A stretch of 64,000 nucleotides of DNA from a virus, in the IMG/VR virus record IMGVR_UViG_3300044646_003076; one strand, given 5' to 3'. The notes under the pieces were generated by a model, which was given only the letters and a program-made list of their open reading frames with translations, searched no databases and was not told where the DNA came from. Of the stretch, positions 10,182 to 20,671 are shown piece by piece. The position numbers and the translations under genes are program-made. Every line of letters starts with the position of its first letter. The stretch's first letter is position 1.

Positions 10182-10691
10182 ATGAACATTTTTGCAACTT
10201 CATCTTGTCCCGAACAATCAGCAATCGTTCTTCCCGATAAGCACATCAATAAGATGCCAACTGAATGTTGTCAGATGTTGGCATATGTTGCATCATCTTC
10301 TTACAATAACTACGGAACAATTCCAAAAATCAACGGTGAACCATATAAGACCACAAATATCGCTCATCTTAAGCATCCATGTACTAAATGGGCAGCAGAA
10401 TCAATCCATAATGCTTCCTGGTTGATTTATCATGCGTTTATGTTGTGTGAAGAATTTGAGCGCCGATTTGGCCATAAACATGGAACTTATGATACTCTCA
10501 TGGCAGCTTATGAGATGTTTCCAGAAGGCCAATTTTCGTTGATGACTCCATTTGTTCGCTCAATGGATGAAGTTTTTAAGTTTGATAATACCATTGATAC
10601 GTTTATTGCATATAAGCGTTATCTTGCGAGTAAGCCATGGATTCAAGATAATTATGTTCGTATGCCCGAAAGGAAACCAGAATGGATTTAA
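10182..10691 (+). CDS. denV: pyrimidine-dimer DNA glycosylase/endonuclease V-like protein
   Basis: MNIF...DKHINKMPTECCQML, HPCTKW, EFERRFGHKH, TPFVRSM pattern of cyanophage Pyr_excise family. Confidence 0.75.
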   Translation: MNIFATSSCPEQSAIVLPDKHINKMPTECCQMLAYVASSSYNNYGTIPKINGEPYKTTNIAHLKHPCTKWAAESIHNASWLIYHAFMLCEEFERRFGHKHGTYDTLMAAYEMFPEGQFSLMTPFVRSMDEVFKFDNTIDTFIAYKRYLASKPWIQDNYVRMPERKPEWI

Positions 10692-11014
10692 ATTCTAAAA
10701 TAGTACAAGCTAATAGCCCAAACACCCCAACAAAAGTCCTAGAACAACTAGCGACCGATGCGGATTATCTTGTTCGTTTGGGGGTGGCACATAATCCAAA
10801 CACACCACCAAAAATATTAGAACAACTAGCGACTGATAAGAATCTTGGTGTTCGTTATTGGGTAACAAGAAATCCAAACACACCACCAAAAACCTTAGAA
10901 GTTCTAGCGACCGATAAGAGTTCTGAGGTTCGTGAATGTGTAGCAAGAAATCCAAACACACCACACTACATCAAAAAGTATCTTAAAATTCAAGAACATC
11001 TAAAAACATTATGA
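10682..11014 (+). CDS. LRV repeat protein, 3 units + C-tail
   Basis: repeat units and tail PHYIKKYLKIQEHLKTL. Confidence 0.9.
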   Translation: MDLNSKIVQANSPNTPTKVLEQLATDADYLVRLGVAHNPNTPPKILEQLATDKNLGVRYWVTRNPNTPPKTLEVLATDKSSEVRECVARNPNTPHYIKKYLKIQEHLKTL

Positions 11015-11504
11015 GCAAACTTGAACAAGCTAAACATCCAAACACATCACCAGAAGTCTTAGAAAAACTAGCGACCGATGAGCACTGTTGGGTTCGTCAA
11101 GCTGTAGCAAAAAATCCAAACACTTCGTCAAAAATTCTAGAAATTCTATCTGTTGATGGGGATCCTTGGGTTCGTTATAATGTAGCACTACATCCAAACA
11201 CACCACCAGAAATTCTAGAGCAATTAGCATCTGATAATAAATCTTATATTCGTCGGATAGTAGCAGAAAATCCAAATACACTAACAAAACACTATAACAA
11301 CTAGCTACCGATGAGTATCATTTGGTTCGTGAAGAAGTAGCAAGATATCAAAACAGTCCACCAAAAGCACTAGAACTACTAGCGACCGATGAGGATAACA
11401 ATGTTCTTATTAGGGTATTATTCAATCCAAACACACCTCACTATCTCAAAAAGTATCTTAAAATTCAAGAACATCTGAGGACACTTCTCAAACTGTCACA
11501 ATAA
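11011..11504 (+). pseudogene. LRV repeat protein (5 units + tail) broken by a 1-nt deletion and a GAA>TAA nonsense at 11287-11297
   Basis: aaaacactataacaacta versus canonical aaaacactagaacaacta; downstream frame continues to the tail. Confidence 0.75.
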
Positions 11505-11557
11505 CCACCCATTTCCACCATTCATCCGTTAAACTACAAACTGTATCTGAAGTTATC

Positions 11558-12253
11558 ATGAATTCTTCTGAAATCACAACCGCTGTTAGTGAAGCACTCC
11601 AACGACATATTCCTCTTATTGTTGAAGAGGTAACAACAAAGCTAACCAAGAAAGAAAAATGGGAAGATTATAGTGTTGAGAAACTATCTGCGATGGCTGT
11701 AAGTGAAGATTACAAACAAAGATGTTCCGCAGCAGCACATCCAAGAACACCCATGGAAATCATTTATAAGCTGCTTGAGGATCCGAATCATAATGTTCGG
11801 TTAGCAGTGGGCAGAAATCCTAATATTCCACTCATCACTCTTAGCTCACTTTCATTATATCCATCGTTGCTCAAAAAACTTAAAACTGAGGGGAATTTAA
11901 ATCAAATTATGGAGTTTTTTGATGAAGCTATTAAGTCTAAAGCCAATAAAAGCACCCGACGAAGCTTTAGAATGTTGATTGAAGAAAGAATTATGAATGG
12001 TGATTTTGATGACGAGCTTAATAACGGTATTAGTGGTTGGTATGGAGTTTTTAATTTGAATACACCAGCCAAATCACTTATTAATTGGACTGAAAAAACT
12101 TCAGATTTTTATTATGATTTTAGATTTTTATGTAAACTCATGATTAAATATCGGATCAAAAGATTCCTCCAAACTGCAACGCAAGATGAAAAAGAGTTAT
12201 TGCTTCATGTAGATTCTTTGTTGTTTCGGCGTTATTTTGATTCCACTTCTTAA
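11558..12253 (+). CDS. protein with degenerate LRV units
   Basis: AAAHPRTPMEIIYKLLEDPNHNVRLAVGRNPN. Confidence 0.75.
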   Translation: MNSSEITTAVSEALQRHIPLIVEEVTTKLTKKEKWEDYSVEKLSAMAVSEDYKQRCSAAAHPRTPMEIIYKLLEDPNHNVRLAVGRNPNIPLITLSSLSLYPSLLKKLKTEGNLNQIMEFFDEAIKSKANKSTRRSFRMLIEERIMNGDFDDELNNGISGWYGVFNLNTPAKSLINWTEKTSDFYYDFRFLCKLMIKYRIKRFLQTATQDEKELLLHVDSLLFRRYFDSTS

Positions 12254-12322
12254 ACTGTCACACTACAAACAGAAGATCAGCGTTTCCTGACTTACACTGT
12301 ATGAGTCTTCAACCAGCTTCGT

Positions 12323-12529
12323 ATGACTTTCTCAGAATTCCGCCGAAACGCAAAAAACTCCGCAATCCATAATCCTTCGCGTTCTTATGGGCAAGCGATC
12401 ATGGATTATCTTTATGGTGTTTCTCCTAGACTTTATCATCAAATTCCCGATGGTGCAAATCCCACTCATGACGATTCACGATCTGATGCCTTTTTTGAAT
12501 TTGTTCAGACCAATTGGACCAAGATCTGA
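12323..12529 (+). CDS. hypothetical protein
   Basis: follows class A promoter. Confidence 0.7.
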   Translation: MTFSEFRRNAKNSAIHNPSRSYGQAIMDYLYGVSPRLYHQIPDGANPTHDDSRSDAFFEFVQTNWTKI

Positions 12530-12566
12530 GTTAAACTAAATTCATTCAACTTCATGGTATTTAATT

Positions 12567-12782
12567 ATGTACAATGTAACTTCGCGCCAAGTAACAACCA
12601 AAGTTATTAATCTTTCTCTTGATGGTGAACTAGCAAGAAATTTGGCTAGACTTATTGAAACTCATCAAAAAATTAATAATTCACGATCTGGTTCTTTTTT
12701 TGATTTCGTTAAGATAGAGATTGATCCTAAAATATGTCTTGAACTTGAAAATCTCGCTAATTCTCTCAAGGGACATCTTTAA
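12567..12782 (+). CDS. hypothetical protein
   Basis: tiles operon. Confidence 0.65.
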   Translation: MYNVTSRQVTTKVINLSLDGELARNLARLIETHQKINNSRSGSFFDFVKIEIDPKICLELENLANSLKGHL

Positions 12783-12784
12783 TC

Positions 12785-13012
12785 ATGAGCACAACATTTT
12801 TAAAAAGTAATCAAATCACGATCGGTTCAAAATGGAAGCGTGTTGATGGTTCTAAACAAATTGTAACAATTGACAATATTAAGAATTATCCAGCTTCCGA
12901 TCACGAATTAAGCAATTGGTGTTATGTTTATTATTCCTGGGAAGAAAATGAACAGACTATGAGTGATCATAGAGATCATCTAAGTTTTCAATGTCGTTAT
13001 TGTCCATTATGA
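12785..13012 (+). CDS. hypothetical protein
   Basis: tiles operon. Confidence 0.7.
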   Translation: MSTTFLKSNQITIGSKWKRVDGSKQIVTIDNIKNYPASDHELSNWCYVYYSWEENEQTMSDHRDHLSFQCRYCPL

Positions 13013-13347
13013 CACACGTACAATATAAGCGATATCTTATTCGCAACAAAATGCTCAAATCAAAAAGAAAAGCGGAAAAAGAAGAGCCCAAAATTAAAAG
13101 AAGAATCGGGTATGAAATCTATTATTATGATCCAGAAAATAATGGAAAATTAGCTGAGAGGGATTTTAACTCTGTTATTAGAGCCCGTTCTTTTGTTAAT
13201 AATCTTCTCAAAAAGTATCATCAACAACGTATTGATTTAGAGATTGTTAAAGTCTGGTGTTATCGGAATCATCATCCGAGACACAAGACTTATTATGCCT
13301 GTTATCCCGATGAACCGAACAGATGGATCAAGTGTGACGGTTATTGA
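13009..13347 (+). CDS. basic hypothetical protein
   Basis: ATG overlaps upstream stop. Confidence 0.7.
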   Translation: MTHVQYKRYLIRNKMLKSKRKAEKEEPKIKRRIGYEIYYYDPENNGKLAERDFNSVIRARSFVNNLLKKYHQQRIDLEIVKVWCYRNHHPRHKTYYACYPDEPNRWIKCDGY

Positions 13348-13418
13348 GCTGTCCACTCGTTCTTCTGTTTTTCTCTGATTCTTATTATTCTAATTTTGCT
13401 CACAAGGAGGAATTTTTC

Positions 13419-14609
13419 TTGGCTCATTTTCACAAATCCGGCTCAGTTATTCGTGTTTCTGATTCTGGATCCGATATTCTTGATCAGCTTCCGGTCGGAA
13501 ATTATGTCCTAAAAGTTAATCATATGACTGGTTTCTATCTAGATATGGTGGAAAGCTTCAAACTCCCTGATAAGATTTATGGCGATTGTACCAGTAATGC
13601 AACTCGGGTTTTGAATACTTACAGGGATCGGGCTCGTAATACTGGAGTTCTTCTTGTTGGCCAAAAAGGTAGTGGTAAAACTCTTTTGATGAGGAAGATT
13701 AGTATTGACTCCAATCTTCCTGTAATTATTATCAACAGTAATTTTACCGGAGACACTTTCAATTCATTCTTGAGTTCTATCACACAACCTTGCATTATTC
13801 TTTTTGATGAATTTGAGAAAATTTATGATCGTAAATCTCAAGAACAAGTGCTGACTCTTTTTGATGGCACTTATCAATCAAATAAACTGTTTCTTATTAC
13901 ATCCAACAATAAGTGGACTTTAGATGATAATATGAAGAATCGTCCAGGCCGTATTTATTACCTGTTTGAATTTGGTGGTCTTGGCGAGGCGTTTATTCGG
14001 GAGTATTGTGAAGATAATCTACAAGATAAGAGTAAAATCAATAAAATTATTGTAATCTCAAAGCTCTTTCTAGAATTTAACTTTGATATGCTTCATGCCG
14101 TTGTTGAAGAGACTAATCGTTATGGAGACGAACCAAGTAAATTGCTGAATATTCTTAACACTAAACCTGAATATAGTGATGAGATGACTTACGATGTCAC
14201 CATTAATATTGGGGATCTTACTGTTCCAACTTCGGCTCTAAATTCAGGAGGAAAAGTGAGGGTTAATCCGTTTATGGGTGAATGGAGTATCAGTGTTTAT
14301 TTTTGTTGGAGTAGATTGTTAAACGAAGAGTTGGAACAAATAATCTCTAATGAAATTGATGATCGTGATACTCCCCATACAACTTATCAGGAATGGCTAA
14401 GGGAGCGTCATATTTTCTTCGGGCGTAGTAATAGTGAGATTCCTAGAGGGGAAACCTCATACGATTATCTCAATCTTGATATTTCACCTGATAAAATTGT
14501 GAGGAGTGCTGGTGGGTCTGTTACATTTCAACATGAGAATGGATTCATTGTCACTTTGTCACGCTCAAAACAACCTCAGTCCGTAGATGTGGCCTATTCT
14601 ATGCTTTAA
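13419..14609 (+). CDS. AAA+ ATPase
   Basis: GQKGSGKT, ILFDEFEK, second region of homology RPGRI; TTG start after aaggagg. Confidence 0.9.
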   Translation: MAHFHKSGSVIRVSDSGSDILDQLPVGNYVLKVNHMTGFYLDMVESFKLPDKIYGDCTSNATRVLNTYRDRARNTGVLLVGQKGSGKTLLMRKISIDSNLPVIIINSNFTGDTFNSFLSSITQPCIILFDEFEKIYDRKSQEQVLTLFDGTYQSNKLFLITSNNKWTLDDNMKNRPGRIYYLFEFGGLGEAFIREYCEDNLQDKSKINKIIVISKLFLEFNFDMLHAVVEETNRYGDEPSKLLNILNTKPEYSDEMTYDVTINIGDLTVPTSALNSGGKVRVNPFMGEWSISVYFCWSRLLNEELEQIISNEIDDRDTPHTTYQEWLRERHIFFGRSNSEIPRGETSYDYLNLDISPDKIVRSAGGSVTFQHENGFIVTLSRSKQPQSVDVAYSML

Positions 14610-14703
14610 TCTTTTTGAGTGAGTGGTCGGTTTTCTAGCTGTCCACTCATTCCACCGTTCTCTCGGATTTCCGTTATTGTATTACTAATTCCACGAAACC
14701 ACC

Positions 14704-14961
14704 ATGATCACTGGTCCTGTTTTCTCTATTGATCTCACAAAAGTTGAGTCATTTGATAATCTTCAAGAAGCGATGAATCAGCACACCGATGAGCTTCAAG
14801 AATATTTTGAAGAATTAGCAGCAGAACTTGAAGTTTCTGTTGAGTGTGCTCATGATGTTTGGTATTTGCGCACTAGATCACGGCACACTCCCGAATTGGA
14901 AGCCGAACTTATCAAATTGCATAATGCGGGAACACCTCCCAATATGTGTGAATTTGGTTGA
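14704..14961 (+). CDS. acidic hypothetical protein
   Basis: follows class A promoter. Confidence 0.7.
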   Translation: MITGPVFSIDLTKVESFDNLQEAMNQHTDELQEYFEELAAELEVSVECAHDVWYLRTRSRHTPELEAELIKLHNAGTPPNMCEFG

Positions 14962-14995
14962 ATTACACTCTTTTTCTCAAACCCACAAAACGCAA

Positions 14996-15382
14996 ATGAC
15001 TCCTAAATTTCCCACCAGTTGTTATATCTCCAACATTCATCGTGGAGAGAGCGGACATGTGTATGCGCAACTTAACGGTCCAGATGGAACACTTTTGATT
15101 TCCGCTACTTTAGATTACATCCAAGATCAACTATCTAAAGCGGAATTCGTTCAAGAAAATTTTAGAGGAGTGTACTCGGGAATTGCTAATATTTTCAATT
15201 ATTCCAATAACTCAGGAATCAATAATAGATTTATGAGAATTGGCAACGAAGGATTTTATAATTGGTACGAATGGTCAGGTGAAAGGAACATCTGGAGATG
15301 TTTCAATGACGAACTGATGTGTGATAAAAAAGATCTAGAAAAAGAACTCGAAAAAGCTTATCAATCCTGGAAACTTGTATGA
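14996..15382 (+). CDS. hypothetical protein
   Basis: probable start MTPKF. Confidence 0.65.
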   Translation: MTPKFPTSCYISNIHRGESGHVYAQLNGPDGTLLISATLDYIQDQLSKAEFVQENFRGVYSGIANIFNYSNNSGINNRFMRIGNEGFYNWYEWSGERNIWRCFNDELMCDKKDLEKELEKAYQSWKLV

Positions 15383-15651
15383 AAGAAGATCTTCAAAAAA
15401 TGAGACAAGAGCAGAATCTTCAACTTCTGCCCACGGAAATGAGTTACAAACTCCGCCAAGCTCTTGATGGTAAAGGTCCCTTCGCCGAATTGTGGAAAGA
15501 TGCACCACATCAGGTTCTTCTTATTGCATGTGAAGAAATGGAAGAATTTGCAGAATGGAGTCGGCAAATGGAAGATTCCCAGCGAGAAATTAATGGTGAT
15601 TACGAATCATTTAAAAGAACCCTAAGGACAGTTTCTAAGCTGTCCACTTGA
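15379..15651 (+). CDS. hypothetical protein
   Basis: tiles operon. Confidence 0.7.
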   Translation: MKEDLQKMRQEQNLQLLPTEMSYKLRQALDGKGPFAELWKDAPHQVLLIACEEMEEFAEWSRQMEDSQREINGDYESFKRTLRTVSKLST

Positions 15652-15704
15652 TCCTTCCGATACTCTTCTTTTTTGTTATTCTTGTTTTGTAACCGGAGAT
15701 TTCC

Positions 15705-16100
15705 ATGAGCTACACTCGTTCCAAACTTGATCTTCTTTCCGAGAATGATAGTTTCGGGCCAGATGAAGAAGGCATTTATCCTAGCTATTATCATAACGGA
15801 AAAACTCCCTTTTCGCATCGATACAGTTATGATCCTTTTTATGTGTGGCGCAATAACACAAAACCGAATAACACATATTATTCCGATCGTCTCTATTCAT
15901 GGGATTATAAAAAACACGACGAACTTTGTCAAAAACATTTTGGTAATCAAGGTCAATATTGGAGGCAAAGAAATCCAGAAAAAATTCAAGAATTCCTTCG
16001 GGATTACAGCGACAATCCCAATTTGATCTTGTGTCGTGTTATTGAATATTGTAACAAATCTAATGGATATCCCGTTTGGCGTCTTGACACTTTTCAATAA
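15705..16100 (+). CDS. hypothetical protein (Tyr/Trp-rich)
   Basis: RBS ggag; follows class A promoter. Confidence 0.75.
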   Translation: MSYTRSKLDLLSENDSFGPDEEGIYPSYYHNGKTPFSHRYSYDPFYVWRNNTKPNNTYYSDRLYSWDYKKHDELCQKHFGNQGQYWRQRNPEKIQEFLRDYSDNPNLILCRVIEYCNKSNGYPVWRLDTFQ

Positions 16101-16127
16101 CCCAACACTACCAGAAAGGAACCATCT

Positions 16128-16388
16128 ATGAAACGTTTCACCGCAGCAGAGGCCCGCGAAGCTCAAAAAGAACACTGTGCCACACTACAGGAGATCTATA
16201 GTAAAATTGAAGAACATATTTCTAAATGTGCAACTCTTTGTATTCCATACATTGAGATTAAGATTGATTCAGAGGATTATTATGGAACGGAGTCAGGTAA
16301 ATGGGATCTCATAACTAGAGAACTAGAAAAAGATGGTTATACTGTTAATTATAATGAATATACATACGAGTTTAAAATATCATGGTAA
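16128..16388 (+). CDS. hypothetical protein (ISW family)
   Basis: paralog of 1783 gene. Confidence 0.75.
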   Translation: MKRFTAAEAREAQKEHCATLQEIYSKIEEHISKCATLCIPYIEIKIDSEDYYGTESGKWDLITRELEKDGYTVNYNEYTYEFKISW

Positions 16389-16393
16389 CAAAT

Positions 16394-16681
16394 ATGCCAA
16401 TCACCACATTTAAAAAAGTCCAGAGCGATCCAAATTATTATACAATAGAAGATGTTTTTGATAATGGTGATGAGACACTAGGCGAAATTTATGATGAAAT
16501 TCGTGAATACACTAAAAATCATGATTGCATTGGTTATAATGTGTTTGTAAAATGTTTTCAAGCTAAACGGATTAAATCTGAATTAGAAAGAAATGGTTAC
16601 TATGTTAGTACATCAGAGGTACAAACAAAATGTGATGGTCTTATGACTCATTTGTATATTAGTTGGGATAAAGAAACATGA
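16394..16681 (+). CDS. hypothetical protein (ISW family)
   Basis: paralog of 16128 gene. Confidence 0.7.
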   Translation: MPITTFKKVQSDPNYYTIEDVFDNGDETLGEIYDEIREYTKNHDCIGYNVFVKCFQAKRIKSELERNGYYVSTSEVQTKCDGLMTHLYISWDKET

Positions 16682-16905
16682 AAAAACAAGATCTCATTGA
16701 AACTCTAAGCCGGCTTCCTGACGATACTGAAATTTTTATGATGAGTCCAGAACATCTAAGAAAAGGTCAGTTTCGTTTTAAATCAGTAAACGGTTGTAGT
16801 CAATCGGAAGTCGCTCCTGATTATAGTGCAGGATTTAACATTTATAAACACCTGCAACACAACGAATCCTCTAACGAACTTAAACCCGTTGCTATTCTTT
16901 ATTAA
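16678..16905 (+). CDS. hypothetical protein
   Basis: tiles operon. Confidence 0.7.
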   Translation: MKKQDLIETLSRLPDDTEIFMMSPEHLRKGQFRFKSVNGCSQSEVAPDYSAGFNIYKHLQHNESSNELKPVAILY

Positions 16906-16986
16906 GTGAACAATCCCTAACCCGTCCAATCTATTCCCCTTTCTCCGAATTTCTCTGTTACAATGGAAGCTGATCTCTGAGGTATT

Positions 16987-17679
16987 ATGACCATAAATCT
17001 TTTGGAATTTGTTGAAAAAGAAGTTAATGTATATTTTAATGAAAATCCCCCAATAAAAAATACCTATATCTCTTTCTCTGGTGGTTACTATCACGTAAAG
17101 AATACCAACCCCACTTATCTTTATTGGAATAATGGAAAATCTACTTTTTGTAGTGATCTCAACATCACCCACATTGAATTCACCAAACCAATGAACCAAA
17201 AACAACAACTGATTCAAAAAATCCAATCTCTTGAAGAACAACTGAGGACTACAAAAGAACAACTGAAGAATCTGAAAGTCAAACCAGAAGACGCTGATGT
17301 TGGTGATGTACTAGATGACGGTTCAATCGTTTTTCTACGAGGCGATGATTTTATTATCGTTATGGCTAATCCAGAATTTGACTTATTTTGTCAATATGAC
17401 GACTCAATGGCGAATTATTTTGCATCTACAGTGTTCTTGAAATCGGGCAATGATCGTTCCATCGCCGAATGGTTTCTTCCTGATGCCAATCTTATGAGGC
17501 GGGCGATGCTTGTGCTACCAAATATGTTTAAAAACGAATATTATTGGACATCAAGTAAAGGTAAAGTGGATTTTAATCGTCAAAAGATTTTATGGTGCAA
17601 TGGAGTTGTTCGGGGTTCTGAATCTACCGCTGGGGCTGATCTTTTTTATATGCGAGCCTTCAAGGTAATTCATTTTTGA
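16987..17679 (+). CDS. hypothetical protein with central coiled coil
   Basis: RBS gagg; QQLIQKIQSLEEQLRTTKEQL. Confidence 0.7.
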   Translation: MTINLLEFVEKEVNVYFNENPPIKNTYISFSGGYYHVKNTNPTYLYWNNGKSTFCSDLNITHIEFTKPMNQKQQLIQKIQSLEEQLRTTKEQLKNLKVKPEDADVGDVLDDGSIVFLRGDDFIIVMANPEFDLFCQYDDSMANYFASTVFLKSGNDRSIAEWFLPDANLMRRAMLVLPNMFKNEYYWTSSKGKVDFNRQKILWCNGVVRGSESTAGADLFYMRAFKVIHF

Positions 17680-17683
17680 TAAC

Positions 17684-18724
17684 ATGGCTAAGAGTAATCA
17701 GCTTATTCCAAAAATTCCCGAAGAAGCGTCTTCTGCGATTGATCTAGCCAAGAAAACAACAGATAGAGCTGTTCTTATTGCTCTTTCAAAACATACTAAT
17801 GATGATGTAAGATTCTTTGTTGCTGAAAATCGTTACACTCCTGTCGAAGTTCTCCGGGAACTTTCAAAGGATCCATATTTTACTGTTCGGCTTAAAGTTG
17901 CGGGAAATCCTTCAACTCCTTCAGATGTTTTAGAGAATATTATGGAAAATGATATTTCTCTTAAGGCAGAAGTGGAAAATAATCTTTCTTATAAAAGTAA
18001 AGATAAAGAAGAAGTTCAGGCTTTTCTTAAGAACATTAGTATAACTGATGCCAAAAATTTAGCGGAAAATATTAATACTCCTCCTGAGACACTTATTAAA
18101 CTTGCCAGACATAAAGATTCACTTGTTACTTATCATATATCTTGTAATCCCATGACTCCAACAGAAGCTCTTAGAATTCTTGCCACTCTTGATGATCATG
18201 TTGTAAGAAAATATGTGTTTGATCATAATAATTCGTCAGCAGAAACCTTAGCTATTATTGATGATAGAGACGGTTTTACCACAGGACATTTTAGGATTCT
18301 TTACGACAAACAGGCCAGAATTATTGAAAAATACAAAAGAGAAGAAACACAAAGAGTTGCACAACAAGAACAAGAACAGAAACGTCTAAAAGAAAAAGAA
18401 GAAAAACTTCAGAGAGAATTAGAACTGAGACAAGAATCTCAAAGAATCCTCGCAATTATTAGTAATCCTGAAACACCTATTGAAGAATTATTAAAATACA
18501 GCTATCGTGAAGAACTCATTAACAACCCAACCTATAGGAGATACCTAAATCTCAATAAGACAGACCCAACTGATTTAGAAATTCTAGATTTTCTAGATTG
18601 GGTCTATAATGCAGACACAGAAAAACTAGAAGCCTTTGCTAAACTAGATTTATCTAAGAAATTATCATTGTGGGAAAAACTAATTCTGTTCTTTAAAAAT
18701 CTCTTTAACGGAAAAACATTATGA
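17684..18724 (+). CDS. degenerate LRV/HEAT repeat + coiled-coil protein
   Basis: VRFFVAENRYTPVEVLRELSKD, VAGNPSTP units; Q/E/K-rich helix. Confidence 0.8.
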   Translation: MAKSNQLIPKIPEEASSAIDLAKKTTDRAVLIALSKHTNDDVRFFVAENRYTPVEVLRELSKDPYFTVRLKVAGNPSTPSDVLENIMENDISLKAEVENNLSYKSKDKEEVQAFLKNISITDAKNLAENINTPPETLIKLARHKDSLVTYHISCNPMTPTEALRILATLDDHVVRKYVFDHNNSSAETLAIIDDRDGFTTGHFRILYDKQARIIEKYKREETQRVAQQEQEQKRLKEKEEKLQRELELRQESQRILAIISNPETPIEELLKYSYREELINNPTYRRYLNLNKTDPTDLEILDFLDWVYNADTEKLEAFAKLDLSKKLSLWEKLILFFKNLFNGKTL

Positions 18725-19002
18725 ATCGTTTTGAAAATCTTCTACTCAGCTTAGGTATTGCTGCTTTTATCGGATTGATTATTGCGATGATCGTTCTCAA
18801 CTATAATTACGAAAAGAATTATGTTGCAACGAATGATTGCCATCTCACCGGAAATACTAAAACCGAAGAATACTCATACTGGGTCACTACTGATTCAACG
18901 ACCGGAGCTGGTTTTGTTGATTATGGCGAATACACCACTTATGAGTATTATTGTAATGTCACCGGAAGCAATAAATGGTTTATGTATCGGTTTTACGACT
19001 GA
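18721..19002 (+). CDS. membrane-anchored protein
   Basis: N-terminal TM helix. Confidence 0.7.
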   Translation: MNRFENLLLSLGIAAFIGLIIAMIVLNYNYEKNYVATNDCHLTGNTKTEEYSYWVTTDSTTGAGFVDYGEYTTYEYYCNVTGSNKWFMYRFYD

Positions 19003-19084
19003 TGCCACTTTGAAAGCTGTCCACCACTGAGTTCTCAGCCACGTTATTGGTGCTATAGTACATTCTACCAACAAGGAGTTTTTA

Positions 19085-19723
19085 ATGTCAATCACAACTG
19101 AACAACTAATAGAGATTTTCAAAAAAGTTCTTTCGGAAATAGAAAATCTAAATGTTGTAAACCTTTCTTATGATGAAAAGAGAACGCTTGCTTGCGATCC
19201 CGAAACCTCACCAAAAGCTCTAAAGTTTCTAGCGACCGATGAGGATTATTGGGTTCGTTGGAGTGTAGCAAATAGTCCAAACACTCCACCAAAAGTCCTA
19301 GAACAACTAGCGACCGATGAGGATTCTGTTGTTCGTTCCAAAGTAGCACTAAACCCAAACACTCCACCAGAAGCTCTAGAACTTTTAGTAGCAGATGATA
19401 ATGTTGATGTTCGTTGGAGTGTAGCGGAAAATCCAAACACACCACCAAAAGCCCTAGAACAATTAGCGACCGATGAGGATTATTCGGTTCGTTGTGGTGT
19501 AGCACGGAATCCAAACACTTCACCAAAAGCTCTAGAACAACTAGCGACCGATGAGGATTCTTGGGTTCGTTGTTGTGTAGCAAAAAATCCAAACTACCAA
19601 AAATCTACAGTAAAAGTTCCAGATCTATCTGTGACCGAATATGAGGCCCTAAAAGAACTACTCAAAAATACACAAAATCAAAGTCTAAAATCTCTTTCCA
19701 CTAAACTAGGAGTCATTCAATGA
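19085..19723 (+). CDS. LRV repeat protein, 5 units, alternative N- and C-caps
   Basis: canonical units; tail NPNYQKST...EYEALKELLKN. Confidence 0.9.
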   Translation: MSITTEQLIEIFKKVLSEIENLNVVNLSYDEKRTLACDPETSPKALKFLATDEDYWVRWSVANSPNTPPKVLEQLATDEDSVVRSKVALNPNTPPEALELLVADDNVDVRWSVAENPNTPPKALEQLATDEDYSVRCGVARNPNTSPKALEQLATDEDSWVRCCVAKNPNYQKSTVKVPDLSVTEYEALKELLKNTQNQSLKSLSTKLGVIQ

Positions 19724-19980
19724 TCAAACGAATTATTGCAATTTCAATCTGTGCTCTACTTCTTACTTCATGCACACAGCCCGACCGAACAACTCGTATT
19801 CTGGAAGATCAAGGTTATTCAAATATTCAGACACATGGTTTCGGATTTATGCAACTGTTTCAGTGTTCTGAAGATGACACTTTTAGAACACCCTTTACTG
19901 CTGAATCATCCACAGGCCGGCAAGTTACCGGAGTTGTCTGCTCTGGTATTTTTAAAGGTGCCACCGTTCGTTTTGATTGA
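19720..19980 (+). CDS. putative lipoprotein
   Basis: signal peptide with LLTSC lipobox. Confidence 0.7.
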   Translation: MIKRIIAISICALLLTSCTQPDRTTRILEDQGYSNIQTHGFGFMQLFQCSEDDTFRTPFTAESSTGRQVTGVVCSGIFKGATVRFD

Positions 19981-19989
19981 GGAACTATT

Positions 19990-20370
19990 ATGAACATCAC
20001 TGAACGCATTCAACAAGCAAACGAAAACTTTATCAAACAAAGAGGAGCCTATTATCAGGAGATGAGAGTTATTGCGGAAGATTACACAAAGGAAGTTATT
20101 ACTCCTTTCTGTGAGCGTTATAATTTGACTTATGATCTTTCCGATCATCCTTTCACAGCAGAACAAGGATTTTGGTATAGTGACGGTGATAAGAATTATT
20201 ATGTCAATAGAAAAGACTTCGCTCTAGAACGATATCCTAAAATCTTCTCAGGGTTTCCTGATTCATTTTGGGTTGAATTGCATCAGATTTATGATACGAT
20301 TTATTCGAGCTGTCCAGACCAAGAACACAAACCTATTTTTGAAAATTTTTGCTCTTCTGTTTCAAAATGA
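19990..20370 (+). CDS. hypothetical protein
   Basis: RBS gagg. Confidence 0.7.
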   Translation: MNITERIQQANENFIKQRGAYYQEMRVIAEDYTKEVITPFCERYNLTYDLSDHPFTAEQGFWYSDGDKNYYVNRKDFALERYPKIFSGFPDSFWVELHQIYDTIYSSCPDQEHKPIFENFCSSVSK

Positions 20371-20600
20371 TAATCCCTCTAGGATCAAACCAAAACGAAA
20401 AAATTCTATCCAACGGCAATAAGATTCTCTTTTCTTATTCAAAACCTGTTGCCGCTTTTGTTGTTGGAGAAGGTTATTTGAGAACTTATGATCCTTGTTC
20501 TTATACAACGAATTCTCACATCAATAAATGGATAGAAAACAATGCCTGTGCTCTCGTACCACAAAAACGGATTGATGAGATCCTACATGCCGGTTCATGA
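20367..20600 (+). CDS. hypothetical protein (SYxxPVA...YSxTTxxHINKW type)
   Basis: ATG overlaps upstream stop. Confidence 0.7.
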   Translation: MIIPLGSNQNEKILSNGNKILFSYSKPVAAFVVGEGYLRTYDPCSYTTNSHINKWIENNACALVPQKRIDEILHAGS

Positions 20601-20671
20601 ACTGACACATCTACCATTCAAACATAATCATTCATAATCTACAATAAAAACATCCATTCCACTCTTCGGAA

